64,000 bases of DNA from a virus. Position 1 is the stretch's first letter, and each line of letters opens with the position of its first letter. The notes beneath the pieces are model-generated. The model did not search any database. It had not been told where the DNA came from and saw only the letters and a program-made list of their open reading frames with translations. The DNA lies in the IMG/VR virus record IMGVR_UViG_3300025012_000045, positions 36,075 to 100,074 of that record. One strand, written 5' to 3'. Below, one piece after another: positions 49,419 to 59,479 of this stretch. Position numbers and translations under genes: made by a program.

Positions 49419-50297
49419 ATGTATCATTGTTGTACTCTTTCAGATTATAATTATCTTTTAAAGGGATTGGTTTTATATGATTCTTTAGAAAAATATACTA
49501 AAGAAGATTTTGTTTTATATTATTTTTGTCTTGATAATGAAACATATAATAAATTAAACGAATTAAATTTAAAACATATTATTCCAATAAATTTAAAAGA
49601 TTTAGAATATGATCATTTAGAATTACAAAACATTAAAAAACAAATAACATACCAAAATTATTGTTTTACTCTTTCTTCTTATTTTTGTTGGTATTTGTTA
49701 GAACATTGTATGTTACAAGATATATTATATATTGATAGTGACATAGTTTTTTATGATAGCTTAAAAAAGATATTTGATACTGTTAAGGATAAAAGTATAG
49801 GACTGATACGTCATCGTCATGTTTCCTATGGGCATTATGTGGGGTACTATAATGTAGGTATTATTTATTTTGATAATAAAGAAGGATTAAAATGCTGTGA
49901 ATTTTGGAAAGATTTAATGTTGAACCCCAACAATGAGTATTCAAAAGAATACGGAACTTGTGGGGACCAGAAATATTTGGAATTATTTGAAAAAAAATTT
50001 GATGGAGTTAAGATTATTGATGAAAATGGGATAGGATATTTTGCGCCATACAATCTAGATTTATATTCGTATGAAAATTTTTCAATAAATGATAAAAAAA
50101 TTATTTGGAATGGAAAAGAAGAAAAAATAATATTCAATCATTTTATTAAATTTAAACCAGATTTTGAAAATGATACCTATGTTCCAGTTGAAACATTGCA
50201 AGAATGGAATAAATTATCTAAAATTAAAGAGGTTGTTGAAATTTATAATGAATATTTTGAATTAAATAAAGAAATAAAAAATAGATGGTTGAACTGA
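49419..50297 (+). CDS. GT-A (GT8-like) glycosyltransferase
   Basis: NYL..GL.L..SL, YIDSD, YNVG, GDQKYL. Confidence 0.75.
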   Translation: MYHCCTLSDYNYLLKGLVLYDSLEKYTKEDFVLYYFCLDNETYNKLNELNLKHIIPINLKDLEYDHLELQNIKKQITYQNYCFTLSSYFCWYLLEHCMLQDILYIDSDIVFYDSLKKIFDTVKDKSIGLIRHRHVSYGHYVGYYNVGIIYFDNKEGLKCCEFWKDLMLNPNNEYSKEYGTCGDQKYLELFEKKFDGVKIIDENGIGYFAPYNLDLYSYENFSINDKKIIWNGKEEKIIFNHFIKFKPDFENDTYVPVETLQEWNKLSKIKEVVEIYNEYFELNKEIKNRWLN

Positions 50298-51016
50298 ATA
50301 AAATATATCATGGAGATTGCCTTGATATTATGAAAAATATTCCAGATGATTATATAGATTTAATCACTGTAGATCCGCCATGGGGAGTCAATTTTTGCCA
50401 ATCCAGATTTTATAATGATGATAAACAAAATATTCTTAATATGCAAGAAATATGGCTAAAAGAAATGTATAGAGTTTTAAAAGATAATTGTCATTTATAT
50501 TTATTTACTCCAACTTTGGAAATTGATTCATGGGTATATAATATTAAAAAAATATTTAATTTTAAAAACGTGATTGCATCACAAGTTTTTGTAAACAACA
50601 GATACAATAAAGATAATTTCGGATGGGACCTGCAATTAATATTATATGCATCTAAAAATAAACCCAAAAGATTTAATCAGGTAGATTGGATACCTGCCAG
50701 TGATTCGTGGATTAAAGATAAAAGAAATATTAGTCCAAAGAAATGGACATATAAATATCCATCTTTTATTTCAAATAAAATAATAAGGTCAAATTATAAA
50801 AACGGTTCTGTTAGAAAAAGACAACATCCGAATGAAAAAAATCATGAATTAATTGAAAAATTTATTTTAATGAGTTCAAATAAAGGAGATATTGTTTTAG
50901 ATCCATTTGCTGGATGTTTTTCAACTTGTCTTGCTGCCAAAAATACAGGAAGAAATTATATTGGAATTGAATTAAATAAGGAATATTGTGAAATTGGAGA
51001 AAAAAGATTAAAATGA
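50285..51016 (+). CDS. N4/N6 DNA methyltransferase (beta class)
   Basis: GDCL, DPPW, HP.EK, VLDPFAG, GRNYIGIEL. Confidence 0.9.
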   Translation: MVELNKIYHGDCLDIMKNIPDDYIDLITVDPPWGVNFCQSRFYNDDKQNILNMQEIWLKEMYRVLKDNCHLYLFTPTLEIDSWVYNIKKIFNFKNVIASQVFVNNRYNKDNFGWDLQLILYASKNKPKRFNQVDWIPASDSWIKDKRNISPKKWTYKYPSFISNKIIRSNYKNGSVRKRQHPNEKNHELIEKFILMSSNKGDIVLDPFAGCFSTCLAAKNTGRNYIGIELNKEYCEIGEKRLK

Positions 51017-51022
51017 AACAAA

Positions 51023-51668
51023 ATTTGATTGAAAAAATTGAACGACAATTACTAACTATCTGGTGGGAAGTGGGTAGTAAAACTCACCAGTGCATCGTAG
51101 AGCGGATCATCTTTGAGCGGTTCAGAATAGATGGATGGGACATGGATATAGAAGTAAATTTAAATTAAAAATCAATAAAAATGAAAACAATAACAGGTGA
51201 TTTAATAAAGCAAGCAAACGAGTTTGATATAATTGTTCATGGCTGCAATTGTTTTTGCACGATGGGTGCCGGTATTGCCAAACAAATTAAAGATAATTTT
51301 AATGAAGCACACTTGGTTGATATTCAAACTCAATATGGGGATAAAAACAAATTAGGAACAATAACTTATACAAAAAATACTAAACCGATAATTGTTAACG
51401 CATATTCCCAATATAAATATACAAGAGATGAGGTGGATGTTGATTATGAAGCAATAAGAAGCTGTATGAAAGAAATTAAAAATAAATTTAGTGGAAAGAA
51501 AATAGGTATGCCATTAATTGGGTGCGGTTTGGCCGGTGGGGCCTGGTCAATTATTAGTGAGATTATAGAAGAAGAATTAGAAAATGAAGATATAACAATT
51601 GTTAAATGGGATAAAAATACTAAGATTTGATTGAAAAAATTAAAATACAATTACCAATTATTTGGTGG
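51023..51668 (+). repeat. 44-nt imperfect direct repeat (51023-51066, 51625-51668) flanking macrodomain gene
   Basis: ATTTGATTGAAAAAATT.AA..ACAATTAC.AA.TAT.TGGTGG twice. Confidence 0.75.
51181..51630 (+). CDS. macrodomain (ADP-ribose binding/hydrolase)
   Basis: GDL, HGCNC..MGAGIA, P.IGCGLAGG.W. Confidence 0.9.
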   Translation: MKTITGDLIKQANEFDIIVHGCNCFCTMGAGIAKQIKDNFNEAHLVDIQTQYGDKNKLGTITYTKNTKPIIVNAYSQYKYTRDEVDVDYEAIRSCMKEIKNKFSGKKIGMPLIGCGLAGGAWSIISEIIEEELENEDITIVKWDKNTKI

Positions 51669-51804
51669 AAAACAGATAGCAATATATATGGCATTAAAAT
51701 AAAAGATTCATCAGGAAAAATACATTATTTTAACAAAGATGGTACTTATGATGGTTGGTCAAGAGATGTGAATATTAATGAGAATTAAATTATAAAATAT
51801 AAAA

Positions 51805-52626
51805 ATGAAAATATTAAAAAGTGAATATATGTCCTGGGGGAATGATCCAGATCTTGGAGAGAAACTTATTGGCCATGGGTTAATTAAGAATAAACATTTA
51901 CTATTTGAAGATTACTCTTACGTGTTCATTGCTCTTTCTCCCTTAATTAATAACCAAGGAATTTTTAAGACACAACAAATAATTGATGATATTTGTAAAG
52001 AAAATAACAATACAAAATTAATATTTGTTTGTCAGCATATATTTGTTGATAAAATAAACTGGCATAATAATATCGTATTTTCAACACATGTAATAAAAGA
52101 TAATAAAAATATTATTCCAATACCGCATTATAGTGCAACATATAATAAAGCATTAATAAAAGAAGAAAGAGATATATTATTTAGTTTTGTGGGTCATTCT
52201 GGAACACATCCAATAAGAGAATATTTTGTTAAAAAATATCCAGACAAATGTTTTTCAACAGAAGGAGAATGGATGAGTAAAAAATATAAGAATAAATATA
52301 TAGAATTGTTAGGAAAAAGTAAATTTAGTTTATGTATCCGTGGGACCGGTCCAAGTAGTCTCAGAATTTATGAAAGTTTATATATGGGGAGTGTACCTAT
52401 TATTATTTCAGACGATTTAGTATTACCTTTGAGTAATATATTTAATTGGGATAGGGTTTCTGTTAGAATTAATGAAAATGAAATTGATAATTTGGAAGAT
52501 ATTTTATTTACATATTCAGATGAAGAAGTGAAAGAAATGTCAAAATTGGGTCAAAATTTTTGGGAAGAATATTGTTCTGACGTAAACTTGTATAAAACAA
52601 TTATTGAAATTTTAAAGAATAAATAA
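51805..52626 (+). CDS. exostosin/GT47-like glycosyltransferase
   Basis: FSFVG...HPIR, S.FSLC.RG.G.SS.R.YE....G.VPIIISD...LP. Confidence 0.85.
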   Translation: MKILKSEYMSWGNDPDLGEKLIGHGLIKNKHLLFEDYSYVFIALSPLINNQGIFKTQQIIDDICKENNNTKLIFVCQHIFVDKINWHNNIVFSTHVIKDNKNIIPIPHYSATYNKALIKEERDILFSFVGHSGTHPIREYFVKKYPDKCFSTEGEWMSKKYKNKYIELLGKSKFSLCIRGTGPSSLRIYESLYMGSVPIIISDDLVLPLSNIFNWDRVSVRINENEIDNLEDILFTYSDEEVKEMSKLGQNFWEEYCSDVNLYKTIIEILKNK

Positions 52627-52830
52627 TGAATAAAAAAGAAATAAATTGGAATAAAATATTAACTCCTTTGGTTATTGACAAATTGACAATAGTTAGGAAC
52701 ACAATGAGATGGGAAGAATATAATATTGCCAGAGAGGTAACTAATAATTGGATGAAATTTATTAAAAGAAATTTTAAACCAAAAAATAAATAATTACTAA
52801 GGGGGGATTGATTATTTAGATTATTTTATT

Positions 52831-52838
52831 TATCTTTG
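52831..52838 (+). promoter_or_regulatory. Bacteroidota-type -7 element
   Basis: TATCTTTG with TTG about 23 nt upstream, before 52892. Confidence 0.55.
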
Positions 52839-52891
52839 TGATTAATTAACTGAATTATTAACTATTTAAAAAATAAAAATATGAAAAAACA

Positions 52892-53740
52892 ATGAAAACA
52901 ACAGCATTTAAATCAGAATATACTGGAGAGTTATTTGAAACAAAAAAGGAATATAATCTTCATATAAAAAAGTATAAAATACAAAAAAAAGAAGCAGAGA
53001 AGCAAAATTTATTTATTTTAAAATCAAAAGAAATGAGACAAATGCCACGCTTAACCGCAGTTTCAATAGAAGATTTTAGAGAAAAAGCATTTAATATTAT
53101 AAACGTATTAAACGACAATAATCCAGATAAATTTTTAGGATTATTTATTGAGGCTAGGAATTTTGGTTGGGTAAGCGATACTCATTCTGCACCAATTGGT
53201 GGGGAACAAAATTTTTCACAAAATGATGATAAACCAAAAGGATATAATGGTTGGAATGGGCGAATAACTTTTATTCTTTCAGAAGAAAAAAATACAGGAG
53301 AAAATAGAAATAAAATTGAAAATCTTATACAAAGGTTTCCAGGAATAAATATTGGCTGTGGCGGATATGGAGGAAATGAATATGACGGAATAAAGGGATA
53401 TGTTCTTTCTTATGAACTCAGATTATATCTTGACGATTTTCCTATATTAAAATCAAAATATAAAAAATATTTGAAATTACAAGATAATTATCAGCAATGG
53501 AATGAAAAAGTTAATAAGTTGTTTGAAGAAAAAAATAATTCTGATGAGGAAATGATTTCATATAAAAATGTAGAATCTGAATTATCTGACCAATTTCATA
53601 AAATAGAAAATAAATTAAATAATATTAGTAAATCAATAAATTTACGGCAACAAACAAATAACCAGCAAATTTTATCTGATAATCCTTTTGCTGAACTCGG
53701 AGATCTGGAAGACCTAGAAATTAAATTAAAAATTAAATAA
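52892..53740 (+). CDS. hypothetical phage protein
   Basis: VS.THSAP..G..N...GY.GW.G. Confidence 0.7.
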   Translation: MKTTAFKSEYTGELFETKKEYNLHIKKYKIQKKEAEKQNLFILKSKEMRQMPRLTAVSIEDFREKAFNIINVLNDNNPDKFLGLFIEARNFGWVSDTHSAPIGGEQNFSQNDDKPKGYNGWNGRITFILSEEKNTGENRNKIENLIQRFPGINIGCGGYGGNEYDGIKGYVLSYELRLYLDDFPILKSKYKKYLKLQDNYQQWNEKVNKLFEEKNNSDEEMISYKNVESELSDQFHKIENKLNNISKSINLRQQTNNQQILSDNPFAELGDLEDLEIKLKIK

Positions 53741-53741
53741 A

Positions 53742-54050
53742 ATGAAACTAAATTTAATCAGTACCAAAGAAATTTTGGAATTAGAAAAAGAAATCGGATA
53801 TGAATTAGAAGTGAATGAACGCCCAACACATTCGGGATTGAGTCGATACTATGTAAGTTTCAAAGAAGGTGAAAGTATGGAAGGTGGTTGTTTGGTGGGG
53901 TATTCTGGAAACGGAAATACCATTGATGAGGCATTACAAGATTATTGTAAAAAAATTAGTTGCCGAAGAATGGCATTTGGTGCTTGTACAAATAGCCGAA
54001 AAGAAATTTTATTTCCAAAATTGGTTCATACAAAATTGCTCAGTCAATAA
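53742..54050 (+). CDS. hypothetical protein
   Basis: GNG.T.DEAL.DY. Confidence 0.65.
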   Translation: MKLNLISTKEILELEKEIGYELEVNERPTHSGLSRYYVSFKEGESMEGGCLVGYSGNGNTIDEALQDYCKKISCRRMAFGACTNSRKEILFPKLVHTKLLSQ

Positions 54051-54082
54051 TTGTGTGGTTGGGCTTGTTGTAATACAAAAAT

Positions 54083-54949
54083 ATGAAAAAAAATAAAAAA
54101 CAATCTTTATTTTACAATGACATGATTTCCATAATGAAAAAAATATTAAAGGATTTATATGAAAATACAGAATATTGGGGGAAATCAGAATATGGAGTTG
54201 AGGGAATAATTAAACCAATAACAAATCAAGATAATGAAGAATGGTCAAATTATAATTTTATAAATACAAATACTTCAACAATATGGAAAGTTATTGACCC
54301 ACATATGAAAGAATTATATGAAACTGGAAATTATAAGATAAATGGATGTTTGAATTTTCCTATTCCAAACAATAATAAAGGAATTGAAGAATTTAATGAA
54401 GATGAATATAATCCAAATAAGTATTGGTTTGAATTTATGTGGGAAATGAGAGAAGAATTATATGGATTAAATAGTAAAATAAAAGATGATATTATTTCAA
54501 CAATTAATATAACAAGAGGAAAGGGAAATAGATTGGAAAATTATCTTGTTAAATCATTAAATGATTCTGAAATTACAAATGATGCAGAAATATCGGGTGG
54601 TGCAGGAAACCCATCAGATTTTAAAGGAATTGATGTTACTTTTACTTTAAACGGACAAAGAAAAGAAGCACAAGTAAAATCTCTTATTGATATAAGTGAA
54701 ATTGAAAATGATTATTTGATTAAATCATTAATGTTAGATAAAATATATCCACAAGATATATTGATATTATCAAAAGAAATTGAACAAAATGAAATATATG
54801 AATTTTATATATTTAATAATCCAAAAGATGATATTAAAAACTTGGGAAATAACCAATATATGATTGATAAAACATATTTGTTATATGGGTTGAGATATGA
54901 TAATGGAAAAGTTCAACATAAAAAAATAAATAATTTAATATTAAATTAA
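54083..54949 (+). CDS. putative PD-(D/E)XK nuclease-fold protein
   Basis: G...E...D.KGID......AQVK. Confidence 0.5.
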   Translation: MKKNKKQSLFYNDMISIMKKILKDLYENTEYWGKSEYGVEGIIKPITNQDNEEWSNYNFINTNTSTIWKVIDPHMKELYETGNYKINGCLNFPIPNNNKGIEEFNEDEYNPNKYWFEFMWEMREELYGLNSKIKDDIISTINITRGKGNRLENYLVKSLNDSEITNDAEISGGAGNPSDFKGIDVTFTLNGQRKEAQVKSLIDISEIENDYLIKSLMLDKIYPQDILILSKEIEQNEIYEFYIFNNPKDDIKNLGNNQYMIDKTYLLYGLRYDNGKVQHKKINNLILN

Positions 54950-55066
54950 ATGAATAACTTGAAAAAACAATTAACCAGTAAAAATTTATCAAAGATATTT
55001 GATAAGTATTTGAACTTTTTTTAAACTTTTTTAATTTATCGACTATTTATATAGAAACGATAAATT

Positions 55067-56011
55067 ATGAAAGAAACAAATATTAAACAACAATGGGAAG
55101 AAAAAGAAAATACTTTACAGAAGAAGAACAACTCACAGCAAAGCGAGAAAGACAAATGCGGCATTATTGGAGAAATCAAAAACGACTTCAAAAAGAATCC
55201 AGAGAACGGTATTATAGAAAGAAAAAAGAAGATTTGCACTAAATGTAGAATTGAAAAATTATTATCAGAATTTAATAAACATTCTAGTACAAAAGATAAA
55301 CGGCAATCGCAATGCAAAAGTTGTACAAAGAAAAGTAGTAAAAATTGGAGAAAAAATAATCCTGATAAGGTAAAAGAAAATTATAAGAATCGGAAAGAAA
55401 ATGATCCAGAATATAATAAAAAATATTATTACAAAAATAAAGAAAAAGAAGTTAAAAGATCTTTAAAATGGCATAAAAATAATCCTGAAAAATCAAGAGA
55501 AAAAAGTAAAAAATGGCAAAATAATAATCCTGATAAGGTAAAAGAAATAAAAAAAAATTGGAGAAAAAATAACCCTGACAAGGTAAAAGAAGATAATAAG
55601 AATTGGAAAGAAAATAATAAAGATGCTATTTTAAAATATAATAATAATTATTTTAAACAGAGAAGAAAAACCGATCCATTATTTAAATTAAGTGGAAATA
55701 TAAGAACTATGTTACATAAGTGTTTAAAATTAACTAATACAAAAAAAGAAAATCATACATTTGAAATATTAGGATATACCCCTGAAAAATTAAAACTAAG
55801 ACTGGAAATGAATTTTACAGATAAAATGAATTGGGACAACTATGGAACATATTGGGAGATTGATCATAAATTACCAATTGATTATTTAATAAAAAAAGGA
55901 ATAACCGACCCAAAAATAATAAATGCTTTATTAAATTTGCAACCATTAACTTGTGAAAAAAATAGATCCAAAAAAAATAATTATGAAAAAAAATATAAAA
56001 CAATTAAATAG
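55067..56011 (+). CDS. HNH homing endonuclease with NNPDKVKE repeats
   Basis: CTKC..CKSC, NWDNYG.YWEIDH..P...NLQPL. Confidence 0.85.
   Translation: MKETNIKQQWEEKENTLQKKNNSQQSEKDKCGIIGEIKNDFKKNPENGIIERKKKICTKCRIEKLLSEFNKHSSTKDKRQSQCKSCTKKSSKNWRKNNPDKVKENYKNRKENDPEYNKKYYYKNKEKEVKRSLKWHKNNPEKSREKSKKWQNNNPDKVKEIKKNWRKNNPDKVKEDNKNWKENNKDAILKYNNNYFKQRRKTDPLFKLSGNIRTMLHKCLKLTNTKKENHTFEILGYTPEKLKLRLEMNFTDKMNWDNYGTYWEIDHKLPIDYLIKKGITDPKIINALLNLQPLTCEKNRSKKNNYEKKYKTIK
55093..55242 (+). CDS. small basic protein overprinted on the endonuclease 5' end (not in ORF track)
   Basis: MGRKRKYFTEEEQLTAKRERQMRHYWRNQKRLQKESRERYY, homologous to 40765..40923. Confidence 0.7.
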   Translation: MGRKRKYFTEEEQLTAKRERQMRHYWRNQKRLQKESRERYYRKKKEDLH

Positions 56012-56252
56012 TAAAAATATAAAAGAAATAATTGATAACTATCCTACGAGGTACAAAGAGGGGTTTATGGGGGCAGAAATAAATTCTTTTTTGGAAGAAT
56101 ATAATCTTGATAAAGAAAAATTTTATGAAAAATTAGGTATAAATACTGTCATGGTTATTGGTGGCGAGACAATTACATATCATTGCGATATTTACATTGC
56201 GTTAAACTGTTTAATAGGGAATAGGGAAAAAAATATACATGAATGGGATTAA
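55983..56252 (+). CDS. hypothetical protein
   Basis: likely start MKKNIKQ. Confidence 0.6.
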   Translation: MKKNIKQLNSKNIKEIIDNYPTRYKEGFMGAEINSFLEEYNLDKEKFYEKLGINTVMVIGGETITYHCDIYIALNCLIGNREKNIHEWD

Positions 56253-56264
56253 AATAATTAAAAA

Positions 56265-56651
56265 ATGAAATACACAGTTTTTAAAGAAGTTATTACAAAA
56301 CTTCAAGAAGTTAATGATAAATGTCATAAATTATATGACCTGGGTGTTGATTTAACAAATTCTATTGAAAACGATTATAATGAAATAATAACACATATTT
56401 TACGTGCCCATTATGGGGAATTTGGTGAAGATTATATTTCCTGGTGGTTATATGAAGATGTTAAAAAAGTTCTTTATAATGATAAGGGAAAAATAATTAA
56501 ACAGTTAAAAACCATTAAACAATTATGGGAATATGTTGAAGAATTAAGAAATTCAAAGGATTTTAAGGAATATGAGTTACCAAAGAAGATAACAGATGAA
56601 GAAAGAAATAATATTTTAAAAGAAATGTCTAAACAAATGTTTAAAAAATAA
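56265..56651 (+). CDS. hypothetical protein
   Basis: D.ISWWLYE motif. Confidence 0.65.
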   Translation: MKYTVFKEVITKLQEVNDKCHKLYDLGVDLTNSIENDYNEIITHILRAHYGEFGEDYISWWLYEDVKKVLYNDKGKIIKQLKTIKQLWEYVEELRNSKDFKEYELPKKITDEERNNILKEMSKQMFKK

Positions 56652-56662
56652 AGAAAAAATGA

Positions 56663-56902
56663 TTGGCAAATATTTATAATTTATATGTTAAAAATAAAAA
56701 AATAAAAAACAATTTAAAAGATAGAATATATCCAGGGAATTCTGAATGGTATGAGTGGGTTATAGAGATAATGGAAAATGGTGGTACTTTGTGGGTTGCA
56801 GAAGCAAATATAAAATTAAATATAAGTAATGGCCAAATTTCTGGCGTTTGTAAAGGAAAAAATAATACTGCTGGGGGGTTTATTTGGAAATATAAAAAAT
56901 AG
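56663..56902 (+). pseudogene. NUMOD1-type homing endonuclease remnant
   Basis: EA...L.I....IS.VCKGK..TAGGFIWKY without a nuclease domain. Confidence 0.5.
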
Positions 56903-56906
56903 AAAT

Positions 56907-57539
56907 ATGAGTGAAAAAATTAATAAGGATACCTGCTGGTATAATAAAAAATTTTTGTATAAAAAAATGAATGATTCCATAAAAAACCATCAACCATTGA
57001 TTGAAATAGAACATGGTAAAGTCCTTATAGAATTGATAAATATGATTGATAATTATGGTTTAAAATTTATTGATGTTGGAACTGGGGGTGCGCTATCTAA
57101 TACGATAGTTAAAAAATCAAAATTTTATGGTTGTGATTTATCTCATGTGATTGAAAATATAAGTAAACATAATTTTCCACACTTGGATTATATACCAGCA
57201 GATATTATAGAGGACGATTTATCATTTATCAAAGAATTTGATATTGTTTTATTAAATGCTATTATTGATATTATGGAATCTCCACTAGAAATCCTTGATA
57301 AGATTCTTAAAAATTGTAATAAATATGTTATAATTCACAGACAAGATATAACAAATATTCCTTTACTAGGGGGATTTATACTTACAAAACAGGAATCATA
57401 TGGTGGCTTTACATATCATACAATATTAGAAAGAATAAAATTTTTAGAGATAATTAAAAATAATAATTTTTCAATTATAAAAGAATTAAATTCTGGATTG
57501 GGATTATTAGATAATTATAGTTTTTTGTTAAAAAAATAA
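56907..57539 (+). CDS. class I SAM-dependent methyltransferase
   Basis: FIDVGTGG, YGCD, ADI, FDIVL. Confidence 0.75.
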   Translation: MSEKINKDTCWYNKKFLYKKMNDSIKNHQPLIEIEHGKVLIELINMIDNYGLKFIDVGTGGALSNTIVKKSKFYGCDLSHVIENISKHNFPHLDYIPADIIEDDLSFIKEFDIVLLNAIIDIMESPLEILDKILKNCNKYVIIHRQDITNIPLLGGFILTKQESYGGFTYHTILERIKFLEIIKNNNFSIIKELNSGLGLLDNYSFLLKK

Positions 57540-57552
57540 TATAAAATGAAAA

Positions 57553-58140
57553 TTATTTAGATGGAATAAATAAAATTAAATTATTAGTTTCATATTTTCT
57601 ATTATCTTTAATTTTATTAATTTGGTTTAAAAAATTATCAATATTCATAGTACTTTTCATTTTATTACAAATACCACAACAAGGAACACAATTTTCTATT
57701 GTATATCCTTTATTATTATCTTTTCTGTCAATTCCATTATAAATGTATTTACTATGTTCTATCCCATGTGTCGTTTTAGAATGATTATGTTTTATGTTTG
57801 ATGGGCTTTCACCACAATAATAACAATTTGAAGATGTTAGTTTTTTAAATTTTTCTTCTGTGATACTAAATTTTAAATTTCTATTTTTGGCACTTTTTTT
57901 ATAATTATTTAATAATCGTCTAAACCCAACTGCCCCCTTTTTATGTTTAAGATATCTTAAACAACCACAGGATTTTGTGTGTTGATTTACCAAATCAACA
58001 CCAGATATGGTTTTGATAATACCACAATCGCATTGACATTCCCATATTGATTGATTATGTTTGTTACTATCTTCAATACTAGATAATACTGTTAGGCTCC
58101 CAAATTTTTGTCCTATTAAATTAAATCTATTATGCCCCAT
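57553..58140 (-). CDS. homing endonuclease (CDCG/SCGC HNH-like family)
   Basis: GQKFG.LTV, C.CDCG, KSCGC, CYYCG, GIDR.DN.KGY...NCVPCC..CN.MK. Confidence 0.85.
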   Translation of the reverse strand: MGHNRFNLIGQKFGSLTVLSSIEDSNKHNQSIWECQCDCGIIKTISGVDLVNQHTKSCGCLRYLKHKKGAVGFRRLLNNYKKSAKNRNLKFSITEEKFKKLTSSNCYYCGESPSNIKHNHSKTTHGIEHSKYIYNGIDRKDNNKGYTIENCVPCCGICNKMKSTMNIDNFLNQINKIKDNRKYETNNLILFIPSK

Positions 58141-58165
58141 AATTTTTATTTATTTATATTTTTAA

Positions 58166-58281
58166 AATAAAATCCCTCACATTTATTTTGAAGATTACAC
58201 AATGATAGTCATTGGAAAAGAATAAATGATATTGGGATTTTATTATGTTTATTTTTTAACTATCATATTATATAATCTTCA
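58166..58281 (-). ncRNA. structured 5'UTR element (possible pseudoknot)
   Basis: nested stems AAAATCCC/GGGATTTT and CATTTATT/AATAAATG; loop complementary to the 5' segment. Confidence 0.45.
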
Positions 58282-58362
58282 TTATATAAATATCACATTA
58301 AATAGCAAAAGACCATTTACTTTGAAGTAATTTTTATTATATTTACATATTAGTTGAAAATT

Positions 58363-59430
58363 ATGAAATTTATTGATTTACAAGCAGAATATGAGTATTT
58401 TAAAAAAGATATTGACAAAATTATATCAGAGGTATTAAATTCTGGTCAATATTTATTTGGAAAACAATTAGAACAATTAGAAATTAATTTTCCTAAATTA
58501 TTTGGTAAAAAATATGGAGTTGCTGTTAAAAATTGTACTGATGCCATAATTCTTGTTTTAAAAAGAATTTATAAACCAGGAATGCCAATAATCCTGCCAA
58601 ATTTTACTGCACATCCAGACGGGGTTGCTTGTAAAAATGTTACTTCAAATCTTTATTATGTTGATGTTGATTCTTCTTTTACCATTGACGTTAATAAGCT
58701 TCCTTCAGAAATTAAAAACGGAATTATTGTTCCAGTTCATTTGTTTGGGAATAATGCTAATTTATCTCTAATTGAAAAATATGCAAAAGAAAATAATCAT
58801 ATTATTATTGAGGATTGTGCCCAATCCACTGGATCAGGAAGTGGTTTAGATGGTGATTATTCTGTGTTTTCTTTTTATCCGACTAAACCCTTGAATTCGG
58901 CTGGTGATGGTGGAATGATTTTAACTGATAATAAGGAAGATATGGAATATTTCAAAAAAATAAGATTTTATGGTCAATATAATAATAAAGTAGAATTACA
59001 GGGGGGCGTGAATAGCAGAATGGATGAATTTCAATCAGCCATAATAAACGTAAAAATAAATAAATTTCAAAAATTAAATGATGTTAGAATATCTATTGCA
59101 AATAGATATAAAAAAATTGTAAAAGGGATGAAGATAAATGAATATGGGGTAGGACTTACAAGAAATCCAAAATGTGTTTATCATCAATTTCCTTTATTAT
59201 TTAATAATAGAGATAAAATTATTAAAGAATTAAATAAAAAAGAAATTCCTTTTATGATACATTATCCATATCATGTATCTGAAATGGAACCATTAAAAGG
59301 GAAATATAATAAAGTTGATTATAGAGTTAATGATAAAATTATTTCTTTACCATGTCATCCATTTTTAAAAGAGATAGAAATTCAACAAATAGAAGAGTTT
59401 TTGGAAGAATTTAAACAGTATGAGGTTTAA
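58363..59430 (+). CDS. DegT/DnrJ/EryC1/StrS sugar aminotransferase
   Basis: PVHLFG, EDCAQS.G, FSFYPTKPL...GDGG, NSRMDE.Q. Confidence 0.9.
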   Translation: MKFIDLQAEYEYFKKDIDKIISEVLNSGQYLFGKQLEQLEINFPKLFGKKYGVAVKNCTDAIILVLKRIYKPGMPIILPNFTAHPDGVACKNVTSNLYYVDVDSSFTIDVNKLPSEIKNGIIVPVHLFGNNANLSLIEKYAKENNHIIIEDCAQSTGSGSGLDGDYSVFSFYPTKPLNSAGDGGMILTDNKEDMEYFKKIRFYGQYNNKVELQGGVNSRMDEFQSAIINVKINKFQKLNDVRISIANRYKKIVKGMKINEYGVGLTRNPKCVYHQFPLLFNNRDKIIKELNKKEIPFMIHYPYHVSEMEPLKGKYNKVDYRVNDKIISLPCHPFLKEIEIQQIEEFLEEFKQYEV

Positions 59431-59479
59431 TTTTGTGTTCCTTAAATTTTTTTAATAAAAATAGGTATTTATAATAGAA

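Noticed and set aside
48880-54949. Complete restriction-modification system
   Set aside because: Both methyltransferases lack an adjacent cognate nuclease; the PD-(D/E)XK-like gene at 54083 is distant and weakly called.
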